39,007 nucleotides of DNA from Terriglobales bacterium (GCA_050013295.1 JBEKFN010000001.1:1-39007); one strand, 5' to 3'; counted from the stretch's first letter, positions 1-8,801 are shown. A program made the numbers and translations. The notes: generated by a model not told the origin, from the sequence alone.

Positions 1-918
1 GAAACTCCAGGCGGCGTCAATTCTCCCGAGGACGTCAATCAGAACGGATTTTTGGACAACTTCGGCGCGTTGAACCTGGGATTGGGCTTCTATAACGGCG
101 CTACCAACCTGAATACCGCCATCAACACCCCGGCCAACCCCGATCCCTTTGGTACCGCGGCGGGAAGCGCCCGGATTACGAGTTGCAGCAGCACCGCGCG
201 CAAGAACTGGGTCAGCGGGGCGCGGCACGTTTTGCGGCTAGTGGATGGTTCGCTGGGCAACGTACCGCTGCGAACGGACGCCGCTGCGACCGTGGATAGC
301 CCTGGCGGATTCACGGTGGCCTCGGAGAACCCGGTGTACATCCTGGGCGACTACAACAGCAACACGAACGACGCGGCGGGTTGGGCCGGCGACACCACCG
401 CGTTCGCGGGCGATGTGGCAGGACATGCGGCCGCGGCGGTAATAGCCGACGCTGTCACGCTCCTCTCGAACAGCTGGACGGATGCGGAAAGCATGCAGAC
501 GGGCAATGTTACCAACGCGAATAACCGGAACGCTAGCATCGTTACCTCTTACCGGGTGGCAATTTCAGGCGGGAAGAACAGGACTTTCCCCTATTCGACG
601 GCGTCGACTTGGGCTGTCTATGCAGGGGAACCGGACATCGGCACCGACGGAGGTGTACACAACTTCCTGCGCTACCTGGAAGACTGGGGGAATACCACCG
701 TGAATTACAAGGGCTCGCTGGTGAGCCTGTACTACTCAACCTACAATACGGGGTTTTACAAGTGCTGCAATACCGTATATGATCCGCCCACCCGAAATTA
801 CTTTTTTGACTTGGACTTTACCAGTCCGGGGGGCCTGCCGCCCGGAACACCAATGTTCCGCGACGTGGAGAGCCTGAGCTTCCGGCAGCTATTCACGACA
901 CGTACCAGTAGCAATTGA
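1..918 (+). CDS. C-terminal part of a large secreted or surface protein, function unknown (5' end lies outside the window)
   Basis: Frame 1 is open from nt 1 (ETPGGVNSPEDVNQNGF...) straight into the listed 52..918 ORF. Gly/Asn/Thr/Ala-rich extracellular-type composition. Followed by an intrinsic terminator. Confidence 0.6.
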   Translation, partial: ETPGGVNSPEDVNQNGFLDNFGALNLGLGFYNGATNLNTAINTPANPDPFGTAAGSARITSCSSTARKNWVSGARHVLRLVDGSLGNVPLRTDAAATVDSPGGFTVASENPVYILGDYNSNTNDAAGWAGDTTAFAGDVAGHAAAAVIADAVTLLSNSWTDAESMQTGNVTNANNRNASIVTSYRVAISGGKNRTFPYSTASTWAVYAGEPDIGTDGGVHNFLRYLEDWGNTTVNYKGSLVSLYYSTYNTGFYKCCNTVYDPPTRNYFFDLDFTSPGGLPPGTPMFRDVESLSFRQLFTTRTSSN

Positions 919-965
919 ACACACTGGTCGACGGAATCTGAATTCGAGTTAGCGAATCCACCTCA

Positions 966-993
966 CCCCGATCCGCGAGGATCGGGGTTTTTG
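966..993 (+). terminator. Rho-independent terminator
   Basis: CCCCGATCC-GCGA-GGATCGGGG perfect 9-bp stem followed by TTTTTG, 48 nt after the stop at 918. Confidence 0.8.
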
Positions 994-1014
994 TGGCTTT
1001 GCAGGTGCTCCGGA

Positions 1015-1935
1015 TCAGCGGGGCTTGCGGAGAGGCGGGATTGGTTCGCTTCCCTTTCGGGCGGCGGGCTCGGGCGGCGGGGCGCTGACAGCCAGATCGG
1101 ACGCCCAGCAATCGGCAAAGATTTTCCATGTGCCGGCGGGCTGTCGCACCAGGACGATCAGGTATTTTCCGCGCTCTTCGCGGCGCTTGCCCATGGCAAC
1201 GGGCACGAGCATTTTGCAACGGCCGAGATCGAGAGCAATCTCACCCAGCACTTCGACGCGCAGCGATTCCATCTCAACGTCGCCCAATCCGGCTTCGAGC
1301 AGCGAGATAAGAAATTCCCGGATCGCAGGCAAGCTGCGAACCGGCGGAAGGTTGGAACGGATGAGAGTAGCGTCGGCGGAGTAGAGCTCGAGCAGATCGT
1401 CGATGTGCTTGGTATTGCAGGCCTGCGCCCAGTCCTGCACAACCTGGCGGGCGCCGGCTTCGGCGCGGCCGCCCGTCGAAGTGCCCGCCGAACCGGGAGC
1501 ACGACCACGCGGAGTAGAGGGCTCGGATTCGGCAGAAGGCGCGCCGGATGCCGTTCCCGGACTGGGGACAAAATGATGATAGTGGTGGTGAACATGATGT
1601 TGGCCGGCACCGGCTCCAGCATTGGCATCGCCCGCGACCAGTTGGGTCGGGATTCCGCACCAGACACAAAAGCGAGCGCCCGCAGGGAGCGAACCTCCGC
1701 AAGCTGAGCACGCGCTTCCCGGTTCGTCCGCGTCACCGTCTGCCGCCAGATCCTGCGCGGCCGCGCGGCCTCCCGACATGCGTTGGATCGCTTCCACGGC
1801 AGCCGCGACCGCCTCGGCATTCGGCTTCGGCCAGCGAAAGTTACCCGGGAACCGTTGAAAAAACTCTTCGATCTCCTTGCCTTCGACGGGCTGGTCTTTT
1901 TTGGGATCGGGAGGATTCGGCTTGTCTGCGGTCAC
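1015..1935 (-). CDS. Zinc-ribbon plus NTF2-like (SnoaL/DUF4440-type) domain protein with an internal His-rich tract
   Basis: CSACGG...FCVWCG zinc-ribbon motif. His tract QHHVHHHYHH. C-terminal about 130 aa resemble SnoaL/DUF4440 (VVQDWAQACNTKHIDDLLELYSADATL...GTWKIFADCW). Confidence 0.75.
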   Translation of the reverse strand: MTADKPNPPDPKKDQPVEGKEIEEFFQRFPGNFRWPKPNAEAVAAAVEAIQRMSGGRAAAQDLAADGDADEPGSACSACGGSLPAGARFCVWCGIPTQLVAGDANAGAGAGQHHVHHHYHHFVPSPGTASGAPSAESEPSTPRGRAPGSAGTSTGGRAEAGARQVVQDWAQACNTKHIDDLLELYSADATLIRSNLPPVRSLPAIREFLISLLEAGLGDVEMESLRVEVLGEIALDLGRCKMLVPVAMGKRREERGKYLIVLVRQPAGTWKIFADCWASDLAVSAPPPEPAARKGSEPIPPLRKPR

Positions 1936-1973
1936 GGCAACCTCATCGCTGATATTGTAGGAGAATTCGGGCG

Positions 1974-2486
1974 CTAGCGGATGCGGAATCTTACCTGCGC
2001 TTCGGAATCGATGGGAACGCCGTTACAGAGTGCGGGACGATAGCGCCAGAAGCTGACTGCGCGCAGCACAATCCGGTCCTCGCCGGGGCCGCCGCTGTCC
2101 AGGACGAAAGCGCTATATACGTGTCCGTCGGATCCAACAATGAAGCTGACGCGCACGTGCAGATCGTCATCTTGCACGTTGAGCAGCGGGTCGGGGGTTA
2201 GCAAGGCTTCGGGCAGGCGGATGTTCCCACATTTCGGCAGGGCCAGCTGCTCCCATAGGGTAGAGAAATCGGAGATGTGCGCGGGCACACGGCGCAAAGT
2301 TTTTTCTAATTGCGTGAGCGGGGTCCGATGCGAAATGACGGTCGATGGAGATGCGGATGTTACTTCGCACCAGGCAAGAACACGGCTGAGGCCGACCAGC
2401 AAAACGACCGCCGCGAGCGCCTTCCTCCTCGTCGTTTTCACCTTCGTGCTCGGCCAGACACACTTCATCAGGAAAGCAGTGGGCAA
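1974..2486 (-). CDS. TonB C-terminal domain-like protein (start uncertain)
   Basis: N-terminal hydrophobic anchor (ALAAVVLLVGL). C-terminal VSFIVGSDGHVYSAFVLDSGG...WRYRPALCNGVPIDSEAQVRFRI is TonB_C-like. Confidence 0.65.
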   Translation of the reverse strand: MPTAFLMKCVWPSTKVKTTRRKALAAVVLLVGLSRVLAWCEVTSASPSTVISHRTPLTQLEKTLRRVPAHISDFSTLWEQLALPKCGNIRLPEALLTPDPLLNVQDDDLHVRVSFIVGSDGHVYSAFVLDSGGPGEDRIVLRAVSFWRYRPALCNGVPIDSEAQVRFRIR

Positions 2487-3222
2487 TTCACCTTCCAGCC
2501 CTGGCGAAAGGTACGGCCTTTGCCGTCAATAACTTAGCTACACTTCCCTGCCAAACTTCTTAAGACGGATGCAATCCGTTGCAATTGAGTCGGACCGAAT
2601 CGCAACCGGGAAAGGCGGGAGCGTGCAGGTGCACGTCTTGCGCTCGCTAAGTGCATGCGAAAACATTTCGTACGCGCCGCGGGATTTCGGAAGGAATGGT
2701 TAGTTCAATTCTCACAACTACAATTGAGTGTCAGTTCACTCGGATTTCCGACTCTTGACGGCATACAGGCTCGGCGCGGAGACTCCCAGCCCGCCAATGA
2801 TCTTCTTACTCTCGGCCAACCTTGGCGGAATCGGCAAGGACTTTGTCGGCCTGGATGTTTGTCGCGGGACTGCTGGTATGAATACGGCGATGACGGCGCC
2901 GGAGGTGGTACTTTTCGGCTTCAGTTCGCGCCTGCCGCGCTTTCAGATTGTAGTCACGGCGCCGACGGCTATCTATAGCTTGGCCGTTGGCGCTCGCTTC
3001 CTGTTCGGGTCTTCAGGATTACTACCACCCCTGGATGAGGCTGCGGGCGGGCCCTCTGGACGCAAGGCTGTCCCCGGGTCATCATTCTGTGTCATCGTCC
3101 TTTGTTTTAATGGTCGTGTCATCCAGGCTCCACATAATTCCCCTCTCTACAAATAAATCCTGACAGAAACGGCGAGTTAGTAATACAATGACCGACGGCA
3201 GTTACACGAGGGAGGGTACTTA

Positions 3223-3465
3223 ATGACAAATATTGCTAAGGCAATTGACCGGCTGCGAGAGGAACGCCGGGATGCGCAAAACCAAGTCCAGAAGCTTGGG
3301 GAAGCTATTTCGGTTCTCGAAAAGCTAACCCGAGGTACGGGCGCAACAGTGCAGGCGGGGGCACATCGCGCCAAGCGCGTACTCTCCGCAGCAGGGCGCA
3401 GGAGAATTTCTCTGGCCCAGAAAGCACGTTGGGCTAAGATCAGGCAGATGAAGAAAGCAGCCTAA
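3223..3465 (+). CDS. Small basic coiled-coil protein, unknown function
   Basis: Strong SD (GAGGGAGGG) 6-8 nt upstream of the ATG. Helical N-terminus and Arg/Lys-rich tail (RRRISLAQKARWAKIRQMKK). Confidence 0.6.
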   Translation: MTNIAKAIDRLREERRDAQNQVQKLGEAISVLEKLTRGTGATVQAGAHRAKRVLSAAGRRRISLAQKARWAKIRQMKKAA

Positions 3466-3613
3466 ACGCCGGGCGGGCCGCAGGCTACGCGAAGATCCCT
3501 CGCGTAACTGAAGCCCGCCGGATTCTTGCCGGGCAACCTGGTCTTACCCGCTCTGATCTTGTACTTCTTGGCCTTGCTTTCGCAGTGGCTAATTCTGCGT
3601 TGCCGAGTAAGTA

Positions 3614-3685
3614 AGCTGCGAGCATCGGGCTGCGAGCTAGGGGCAACCGGTTTGCTCGTAGCTCGCGGCTCGTAGCTCGTGGCTC
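3614..3685. repeat. Imperfect palindrome built from short tandem units (CTGCGAGC / GCTCGTA), immediately downstream of pntB
   Basis: Left arm AGCTGCGAGCATCGGGCTGCGAGCTAGG. Right arm GCTCGTAGCTCGCGGCTCGTAGCTCGTGGCTC. Begins 4 nt after the pntB stop. Confidence 0.7.
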
Positions 3686-3688
3686 AAC

Positions 3689-5086
3689 CTAGCCGTGTCC
3701 TCCGCTGAGCTCGCGCACGATGCTACCGACAAATGCCTTGGCGTCTCCAAACAGCATCAGGGTGTTATCGAGATAGTAGAGCGGGTTATCAATGCCGGCG
3801 AAACCAGGATTCATGCTGCGCTTGATGACCATCACGGTATGGGCTTTGTCCACGTCGAGGATCGGCATTCCGTAGATGGGGCTCGCAGTATCGGTGCGGG
3901 CGGCAGGGTTGGTAACGTCGTTGGCGCCAATCACTAGCGCGACATCGGTCTGAGGAAAGTCGCCGTTGATCTCGTCCATCTCAATCAGGCGGTCGTAGGG
4001 GATATCGGCTTCGGCCAGCAGCACATTCATGTGCCCGGGCATGCGTCCGGCAACGGGGTGAATGGCAAAGCGCACGTCCACGCCGCGCTTCGTCAGAGCA
4101 TCGTAAAGTTCGCGTACTTTGTGCTGCGCCTGGGCCACAGCCATACCGTATCCGGGAACCACGATGACGCGGTTCGCGGCAGAAAGAATGGCGGCGGCTT
4201 CTTCCGGGGTCGCGCTGTGAACCGGTCGGGCTTCTTCTCCGGCAGCGGCCGCAGCTTGCACCTGACCAAAAGCTCCGAACAAGACGTTGGTGAAGGAGCG
4301 GTTCATAGCCTTCGACATGATAATGGAGAGGATGAGGCCCGACGATCCGTCGAGCGCGCCAGCGATGATGAGCAGCTTGCTGTCGAGCACAAAGCCCATG
4401 GCCGCCGCCGACAGGCCGGCATAGCCGTTTAACAATGAAATGACGGTCGGCATGTCGGCGCCGCCGATGGGAATGATCAGCAGCACGCCGAACGCCAGCG
4501 CGATCAGGATCATGAACGGAAACAGGGACCGGGCTTCCGGATGCAGGACCAGAGATACGGCGATCGCCAGAGCGCAGGCGAGCAGCACGAAGTTGACGAG
4601 GTTCTGGCCTTTGTAAGTCAGCGGCCGCTGCGGCAGAATTTCCTGCAGCTTGCCGGCAGCCATCAAGCTGCCGGTAACGGTCAAGCCGCCGAGAATGACC
4701 TCGAGCGACAGCACCGCCATCATGAAGCGCGAGATATCGGGTGTGCGCAAATAAAATTCGGCGGAGCCCACCAGCGTTACGCAGAGCGCGCCAAAGGCGT
4801 GACTGAGCGCGGTTCGCTGCGGAACCGCCGTCATCGCTACCCGCCCGAGCGGAACGCCGATGATGGTGCCGAGCACAAGCCCAATGGCGATCAGCCGGTA
4901 ATCCACAATGCCGTGGTGCAACAGCGTGCCGCAGATCGCCAGCAGCATGCCAATTTCGCCCGCCCAGATGCCGTGCCGGGCCGTGGTCGGCGAGCTCATC
5001 CACTTCAGCGAGAGGATGAACAGCACGCTCGCGATGAGATATAAAATCTCGATGACGACCTGGCCGCCTGCGAGTTCGGCTGTCAT
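3689..5086 (-). CDS. pntB: NAD(P) transhydrogenase subunit beta
   Basis: Full-length match by eye to PntB: multi-TM N-terminus, C-terminal NADP(H)-binding domain (VVPGYGMAVAQAQH...GANDVTNPAA...MPILDV). Confidence 0.97.
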   Translation of the reverse strand: MTAELAGGQVVIEILYLIASVLFILSLKWMSSPTTARHGIWAGEIGMLLAICGTLLHHGIVDYRLIAIGLVLGTIIGVPLGRVAMTAVPQRTALSHAFGALCVTLVGSAEFYLRTPDISRFMMAVLSLEVILGGLTVTGSLMAAGKLQEILPQRPLTYKGQNLVNFVLLACALAIAVSLVLHPEARSLFPFMILIALAFGVLLIIPIGGADMPTVISLLNGYAGLSAAAMGFVLDSKLLIIAGALDGSSGLILSIIMSKAMNRSFTNVLFGAFGQVQAAAAAGEEARPVHSATPEEAAAILSAANRVIVVPGYGMAVAQAQHKVRELYDALTKRGVDVRFAIHPVAGRMPGHMNVLLAEADIPYDRLIEMDEINGDFPQTDVALVIGANDVTNPAARTDTASPIYGMPILDVDKAHTVMVIKRSMNPGFAGIDNPLYYLDNTLMLFGDAKAFVGSIVRELSGGHG

Positions 5087-5412
5087 TATTGGCCCACCGA
5101 CTTGGCCGCCGGTTTAGCCGCGGGGCGGCTGGATTTGAACATCTTCAACATGCGGTCCGTGATCAGGAAGCCGCCGACGATGTTGCTGGTGGCGGCGACC
5201 ACGGCGATAAATCCGAAAACGGCGGAGAGCGTGCTCTTGTGCTCGCCCACGAGCACGATCGCACCCACCACCGCGATCGCATCCAAGGCATTGGTGAGCG
5301 ACATCAACGGAGTGTGCAGCAGGGGCGAGACTCGCCGGATCACTTCAAATCCGATGAATCCAGCGAGCACAAAAATAAAGAGTGCGTTGATCAGGTTCGA
5401 ACTGCTGTTCAT
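5086..5412 (-). CDS. pntAB: NAD(P) transhydrogenase subunit alpha part 2 (membrane part)
   Basis: 108-aa three-TM protein starting MNSSSNLINALFIFVLAGFIGFEV. GGAGG SD upstream of the ATG at 5412. Its TAA overlaps the pntB ATG (TAATG). The track ORF 5086..5613 is an artefactual upstream extension through a repeat. Confidence 0.93.
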   Translation of the reverse strand: MNSSSNLINALFIFVLAGFIGFEVIRRVSPLLHTPLMSLTNALDAIAVVGAIVLVGEHKSTLSAVFGFIAVVAATSNIVGGFLITDRMLKMFKSSRPAAKPAAKSVGQ

Positions 5413-5440
5413 CTTTCCTCCGTTCGATTTTCCTAGCTCA

Positions 5441-5470
5441 TGGAGAGCCGGGCGTCCCCGCCCGGCTGGA
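5441..5470 (-). repeat. GC hairpin repeat, family R1, copy a (AGCCGGGCG-TCCC-CGCCCGGCT)
   Basis: Same core as 7700..7737 and 22250..22323. Lies in the pntAA-pntAB spacer, 29 nt upstream of the pntAB ATG. Confidence 0.8.
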
Positions 5471-5557
5471 CCCTTCGACTTCCCCCTCGGCTCCGCTCGG
5501 GGCTTCGGCAAAACCGGGCAGGCTCGCGAGACGCACTTCCCACCACCGTATGAACCA

Positions 5558-6733
5558 TCAACCGGCCACGGGCGCCAGTGCGGGCAAAGCAAAAAACTCG
5601 CGAACCCGGGCATTCACAATCTCGCCACCGTGGGTGAGCAGAGTTTCGCGAACAATTTCATCCCCGAGGTTCAGATTCAACTTTTGATCTTTGATGAGGT
5701 GAGTCAGGAATGCAGTGATGTTGCGGGCGTACATCATGCTCGCGTGATAAGGCACGCCGGAGGCCAGGTTGATGGCTCCGATAATGGTCACACCATGTTT
5801 TACGACGGTCTTGCCGCCTTCGGTGATCTCGCAGTTGCCGCCACGTTCTGAGGCCAGATCGACGATCACCGAACCGGGCGCCATTCCCTTCACCATATCT
5901 CCGGTCACCAACACGGGCGATTTTTTTCCCGGAATCACCGCCGCCGTGATCACCACATCGCTTTCCTGCACTACTTTCCCCAGCAACTCGCGCTGACGGC
6001 GGTAGAAATCTTCATCCTGCGCCCGGGCGTATCCGCGAGCGTCCTGCGCGTCTTTCGCCTCGATGGGAAGCTCGACAAAACGTCCGCCGAGACTCTGCAC
6101 CTGCTCCTTCGCCGCGGGCCTTAAATCGTAAGCCGAAATCACCGCGCCCAGGCGGCGCGCGGTGGCGATGGCCTGGAGTCCAGCAACGCCGCAGCCGATC
6201 ACGAACACGCGGGCGGGTGTGATGGTTCCAGCCGCGGTGGTGAGCATGGGGAAGAAGCGCGGGTGGGAATCGGCTGCCACCAGCACCGCCTTGTATCCGC
6301 AAACGGTGCCCATCGAGGAGAGCGCGTCCATGCTTTGGGCGCGCGTGGAACGGGGCATCAACTCCACGGCAAACGCGGTGACGCCAGCGTGCGCGATCTC
6401 CTGCAGGATGTCCGACGATCCGAAGGGACGCAGAAATCCGACGAGGATCTGCTCGCGACGAAAAAACGGCATATCCTGCTTCCCCACCACGTCGTTGGAA
6501 CCGTAACAAAGAATCTGCACGACGACGTCAGCGGCAGCAAACACGGCAGCGCGGTCCGCAATGATCTTCGCGCCCTTGTCGGCATACTGAGAATCGGGAT
6601 AGCCGGCCTCGATTCCAGCGCCGGACTCTATGTAAACTTCGAAGCCCGCTTTGGTCAGCGTCGGGAGGACTACCGGTACGAGCGCAACCCGCCGTTCCCC
6701 CGGATAACTTTCTTTCGGCACACCGATGATCAC
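5558..6733 (-). CDS. pntAA: NAD(P) transhydrogenase subunit alpha part 1 (alanine dehydrogenase-like dI domain)
   Basis: MIIGVPKESYPGERRVALVP... and the Rossmann motif VIGCGVAGLQAIATARRLGA are typical of PntAA. Confidence 0.97.
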   Translation of the reverse strand: MIIGVPKESYPGERRVALVPVVLPTLTKAGFEVYIESGAGIEAGYPDSQYADKGAKIIADRAAVFAAADVVVQILCYGSNDVVGKQDMPFFRREQILVGFLRPFGSSDILQEIAHAGVTAFAVELMPRSTRAQSMDALSSMGTVCGYKAVLVAADSHPRFFPMLTTAAGTITPARVFVIGCGVAGLQAIATARRLGAVISAYDLRPAAKEQVQSLGGRFVELPIEAKDAQDARGYARAQDEDFYRRQRELLGKVVQESDVVITAAVIPGKKSPVLVTGDMVKGMAPGSVIVDLASERGGNCEITEGGKTVVKHGVTIIGAINLASGVPYHASMMYARNITAFLTHLIKDQKLNLNLGDEIVRETLLTHGGEIVNARVREFFALPALAPVAG

Positions 6734-6880
6734 GAGACCCTGCCCATTTCAGCGATTTTGTGTCGCGATTGAGAAAATCGGAGCCGCCTGGCTCGCATCA
6801 ATCCTACTCTTGCGGTCAACTGCTAAGGAAACGAGAGAATTTTAGTTGAGCGGAGGAACGCGCGCAAACGGCTTCCGCTT

Positions 6881-7000
6881 CAGGTCCCAGGTCTTAGGTC
6901 TTAGGTGTCAGGTCTTAGGTGTCAGGTCTTAGATGTCAGGTCTCCGGAAAGCCAAGAACTAAGGTCTTCCTAAGACCTGAGACCTAGCACCTGAGACCTA
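6881..7000. repeat. Long imperfect palindrome whose arms are 7/14-nt tandem arrays (AGGTCTTAGGTGTC units)
   Basis: Left arm 6881-6943 is a tandem array. Right arm 6958-7000 (..CTAAGACCTGAGACCTAGCACCTGAGACCTA) is its approximate reverse complement. Abuts the stop of the HAD gene at 7001. Confidence 0.8.
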
Positions 7001-7675
7001 TTACGGCAGCGAGAGGCTCAACTGCAAGCCGCCATCATCATTACATGCAGTGATCTCGGCGCAGTTTTGAACGATCCAATCGGCGCCGGCGTCTTCGAGG
7101 TCGCGGCGGATCATGGTCGTGAGGAATGCAATCACTCTGGCGCCGGCGTCCTTTCCCGCACGAACTCCAGCGGGCGTATCTTCTAACACGATGCAATCGG
7201 AGGCGGCAAACCCAAGCTTCGCCGCCGCTTTCAGATAGGGCTCGGGATCGGGCTTGCCGATCTTCACGTCGCTCGCGGTGATCATGGTCTTGGGAATGGG
7301 CAGGCCCGCGGCCCGCAAACGCACCTCGGCCAGTGGGCGCGTGCATGAGGTCGCAATGTTCCAGCGTTCGGGAGGCAGAATGTTCAGGAGTTGCCGAGCG
7401 CCCGGCAGCAGAACCACACCATCGAGATCTTCCATCTCGCGGCGCTCGACTTCTCGATCTTCTTTGTCGAGAACGGCGCGGTCAATATCCGCGTTGGGCA
7501 ACAGCTCGCGGATTGTGGTTCGACTCGGGCGCCCATGCGCCATGCGGACCACGGTCTCCGGATCAAGGCCATGCTCAACCGCCCACCGCTGCCAGACGCG
7601 CGCGACCGCAGGAGTGGAATCGATGAGCACGCCGTCCAAGTCAAATAGCAGGCCGCTGCAGCGGATCGCGATCAT
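7001..7675 (-). CDS. HAD-superfamily hydrolase (beta-phosphoglucomutase/phosphatase-like)
   Basis: Motif I LLFDLDGVLIDS, GKPDPEPY, and EDTPAGVRAGKDAG. Start placed at MIAIRCSG; the longer track ORF reads through repeat R1b. Confidence 0.85.
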   Translation of the reverse strand: MIAIRCSGLLFDLDGVLIDSTPAVARVWQRWAVEHGLDPETVVRMAHGRPSRTTIRELLPNADIDRAVLDKEDREVERREMEDLDGVVLLPGARQLLNILPPERWNIATSCTRPLAEVRLRAAGLPIPKTMITASDVKIGKPDPEPYLKAAAKLGFAASDCIVLEDTPAGVRAGKDAGARVIAFLTTMIRRDLEDAGADWIVQNCAEITACNDDGGLQLSLSLP

Positions 7676-7699
7676 TTCAACTAATTTACATTGCCAGCT

Positions 7700-7737
7700 T
7701 TGCTGGTGGAGAGCCGGGCGCCCCGCCCGGCCGGACC
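7700..7737 (-). repeat. GC hairpin repeat, family R1, copy b
   Basis: TTGCTGGTGGAGAGCCGGGCGCCCCGCCCGGCCGG, about 25 nt upstream of the HAD start codon. Confidence 0.8.
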
Positions 7738-7760
7738 GCTGCATACAATTTGCAGACAGA

Positions 7761-7785
7761 ATAATAAAGCCCTCTCGCGGAGGGC
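7761..7785 (-). terminator. Rho-independent terminator downstream of tRNA-Lys
   Basis: On the minus strand GCCCTC-CGCGA-GAGGGC is followed by TTTATTATT. Confidence 0.7.
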
Positions 7786-7806
7786 CTGTTTATGCAGGTT
7801 TTGTAT

Positions 7807-7882
7807 TGGTGAGCGCGGCAGGAATCGAACCTGCGACCCACGCCTTAAAAGGGCGTTGCTCTACCAACTGAGCTACGCGCCC
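7807..7882 (-). tRNA. tRNA-Lys (anticodon UUU), CCA encoded
   Basis: Reverse complement reads GGGCGCG TA GCTCAGTTGGTAGAGC ... ACGCC CTTTTAA GGCGT ... GGTTCGATTCC ... CGCGCTCACCA. Cloverleaf folds by hand; the anticodon loop is CUUUUAA. Confidence 0.95.
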
Positions 7883-8051
7883 CACCATTTTCAATCTAAC
7901 ACATTTTCTGCGCGCATTTGCCCGCCATGCGCTTCTCCGAAGCCATTGGGGTTGGGGTGGAGTCGCCCGCCCGCTCGACGGGTCGCGGCCCTCGATTCCG
8001 CGCCCGGTGCGCCGTGACGTGCCAGGCGCAAAAGCGATACACTCTGCTTTC

Positions 8052-8801
8052 ATGCTGCCTTCCCGTTTCTTCGGGGCAACAGTTGCGTTCCCGGTTTGCG
8101 CGATTCTGTCCTGCGCGATTTTGTCGCCGACGCTGAGCCACGCGTCGAAAAAGAAGGAGTTGCCCGCCGTGCGCTGGACCGCCGGCGCGCCCGGTTGCGC
8201 GTTCGAACGCGGCGATGACGGACGCTACCGCTGGACGATGACCGGGAAAGACCTCACCGTCACACTTCTCGTGGATTCTCAGGAACTGACAAAGAGCCGC
8301 CGCCGCTTCTATCACCTCCTCGGCGTATACGTGGCTGTGACTTACACCGGTCAGGACAAATTTGAGTTTCCGGCTGACCTGCGGATCGACTTCGTTCGTC
8401 ATCACGACGTTCTTGAGGGCTTTGAGGATCCCACAGAACTCTCCAACAAATTGCAGAACGACGTCGATACCGAGATCTTCCAAACCGAGCGCCAGATCAA
8501 GAAGAATCCCAAGATCGCCGAAGAAAAAACGGCTCGCTTGCGGGAGTACCAGAAGGAAGCGGCCGAGTTCATCGAGTTTCTAAGTACGCAAAGCCTCGAT
8601 CCCAACACGGTGATGCTGACCCCGGGCAATCCCGAAGCCCACGGCTGGGTCTTCTTCGCGACCGGCAACAAATGGATCGGTCCGTGGAAAGAGCGAGAGG
8701 ATTTTATTCTCGGGGTCTGGATGAAAGACAAAGTCTGGCAATTTCCCTTTTCGCTGCCCCCGACGGAAGGCGACCTGATCCTGCGAAAGCCGCCCGAGTA
8801 A
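8052..8801 (+). CDS. Secreted hypothetical protein
   Basis: Signal-peptide-like N-terminus MLPSRFFGATVAFPVCAILSCAILSPTLSHA. Normal protein composition. No domain recognised. Confidence 0.7.
   Translation: MLPSRFFGATVAFPVCAILSCAILSPTLSHASKKKELPAVRWTAGAPGCAFERGDDGRYRWTMTGKDLTVTLLVDSQELTKSRRRFYHLLGVYVAVTYTGQDKFEFPADLRIDFVRHHDVLEGFEDPTELSNKLQNDVDTEIFQTERQIKKNPKIAEEKTARLREYQKEAAEFIEFLSTQSLDPNTVMLTPGNPEAHGWVFFATGNKWIGPWKEREDFILGVWMKDKVWQFPFSLPPTEGDLILRKPPE

Noticed and set aside
2655-3156. Plus-strand ORFs 2655..2978 and 2728..3156
   Set aside because: They are overlapping alternative frames with no SD, implausible composition and no recognisable similarity. The region is treated as non-coding or decayed.
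5413-5613. N-terminal extensions of track ORFs (also 7676..7744, 22241..22342, 23663..23779 and 30410..30538)
   Set aside because: The extensions translate intergenic repeats (GRGRPALH, GRAGRPALHQQ, AWTGQSPVPT, GRGQECPRY). The real starts have SD sites and/or match family N-termini.
6881-6943. Short tandem arrays considered as a possible CRISPR
   Set aside because: The units are 7-14 nt with no unique spacers. The arrays pair with an inverted array, and no cas genes are present.
7702-7709. The exact E. coli Chi octamer GCTGGTGG lies inside R1 copies b and c (also at 22252-22259)
   Set aside because: Chi sequences are taxon-specific. The two hits are not independent because they are part of one repeat. 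There is no evidence that this lineage uses that octamer.
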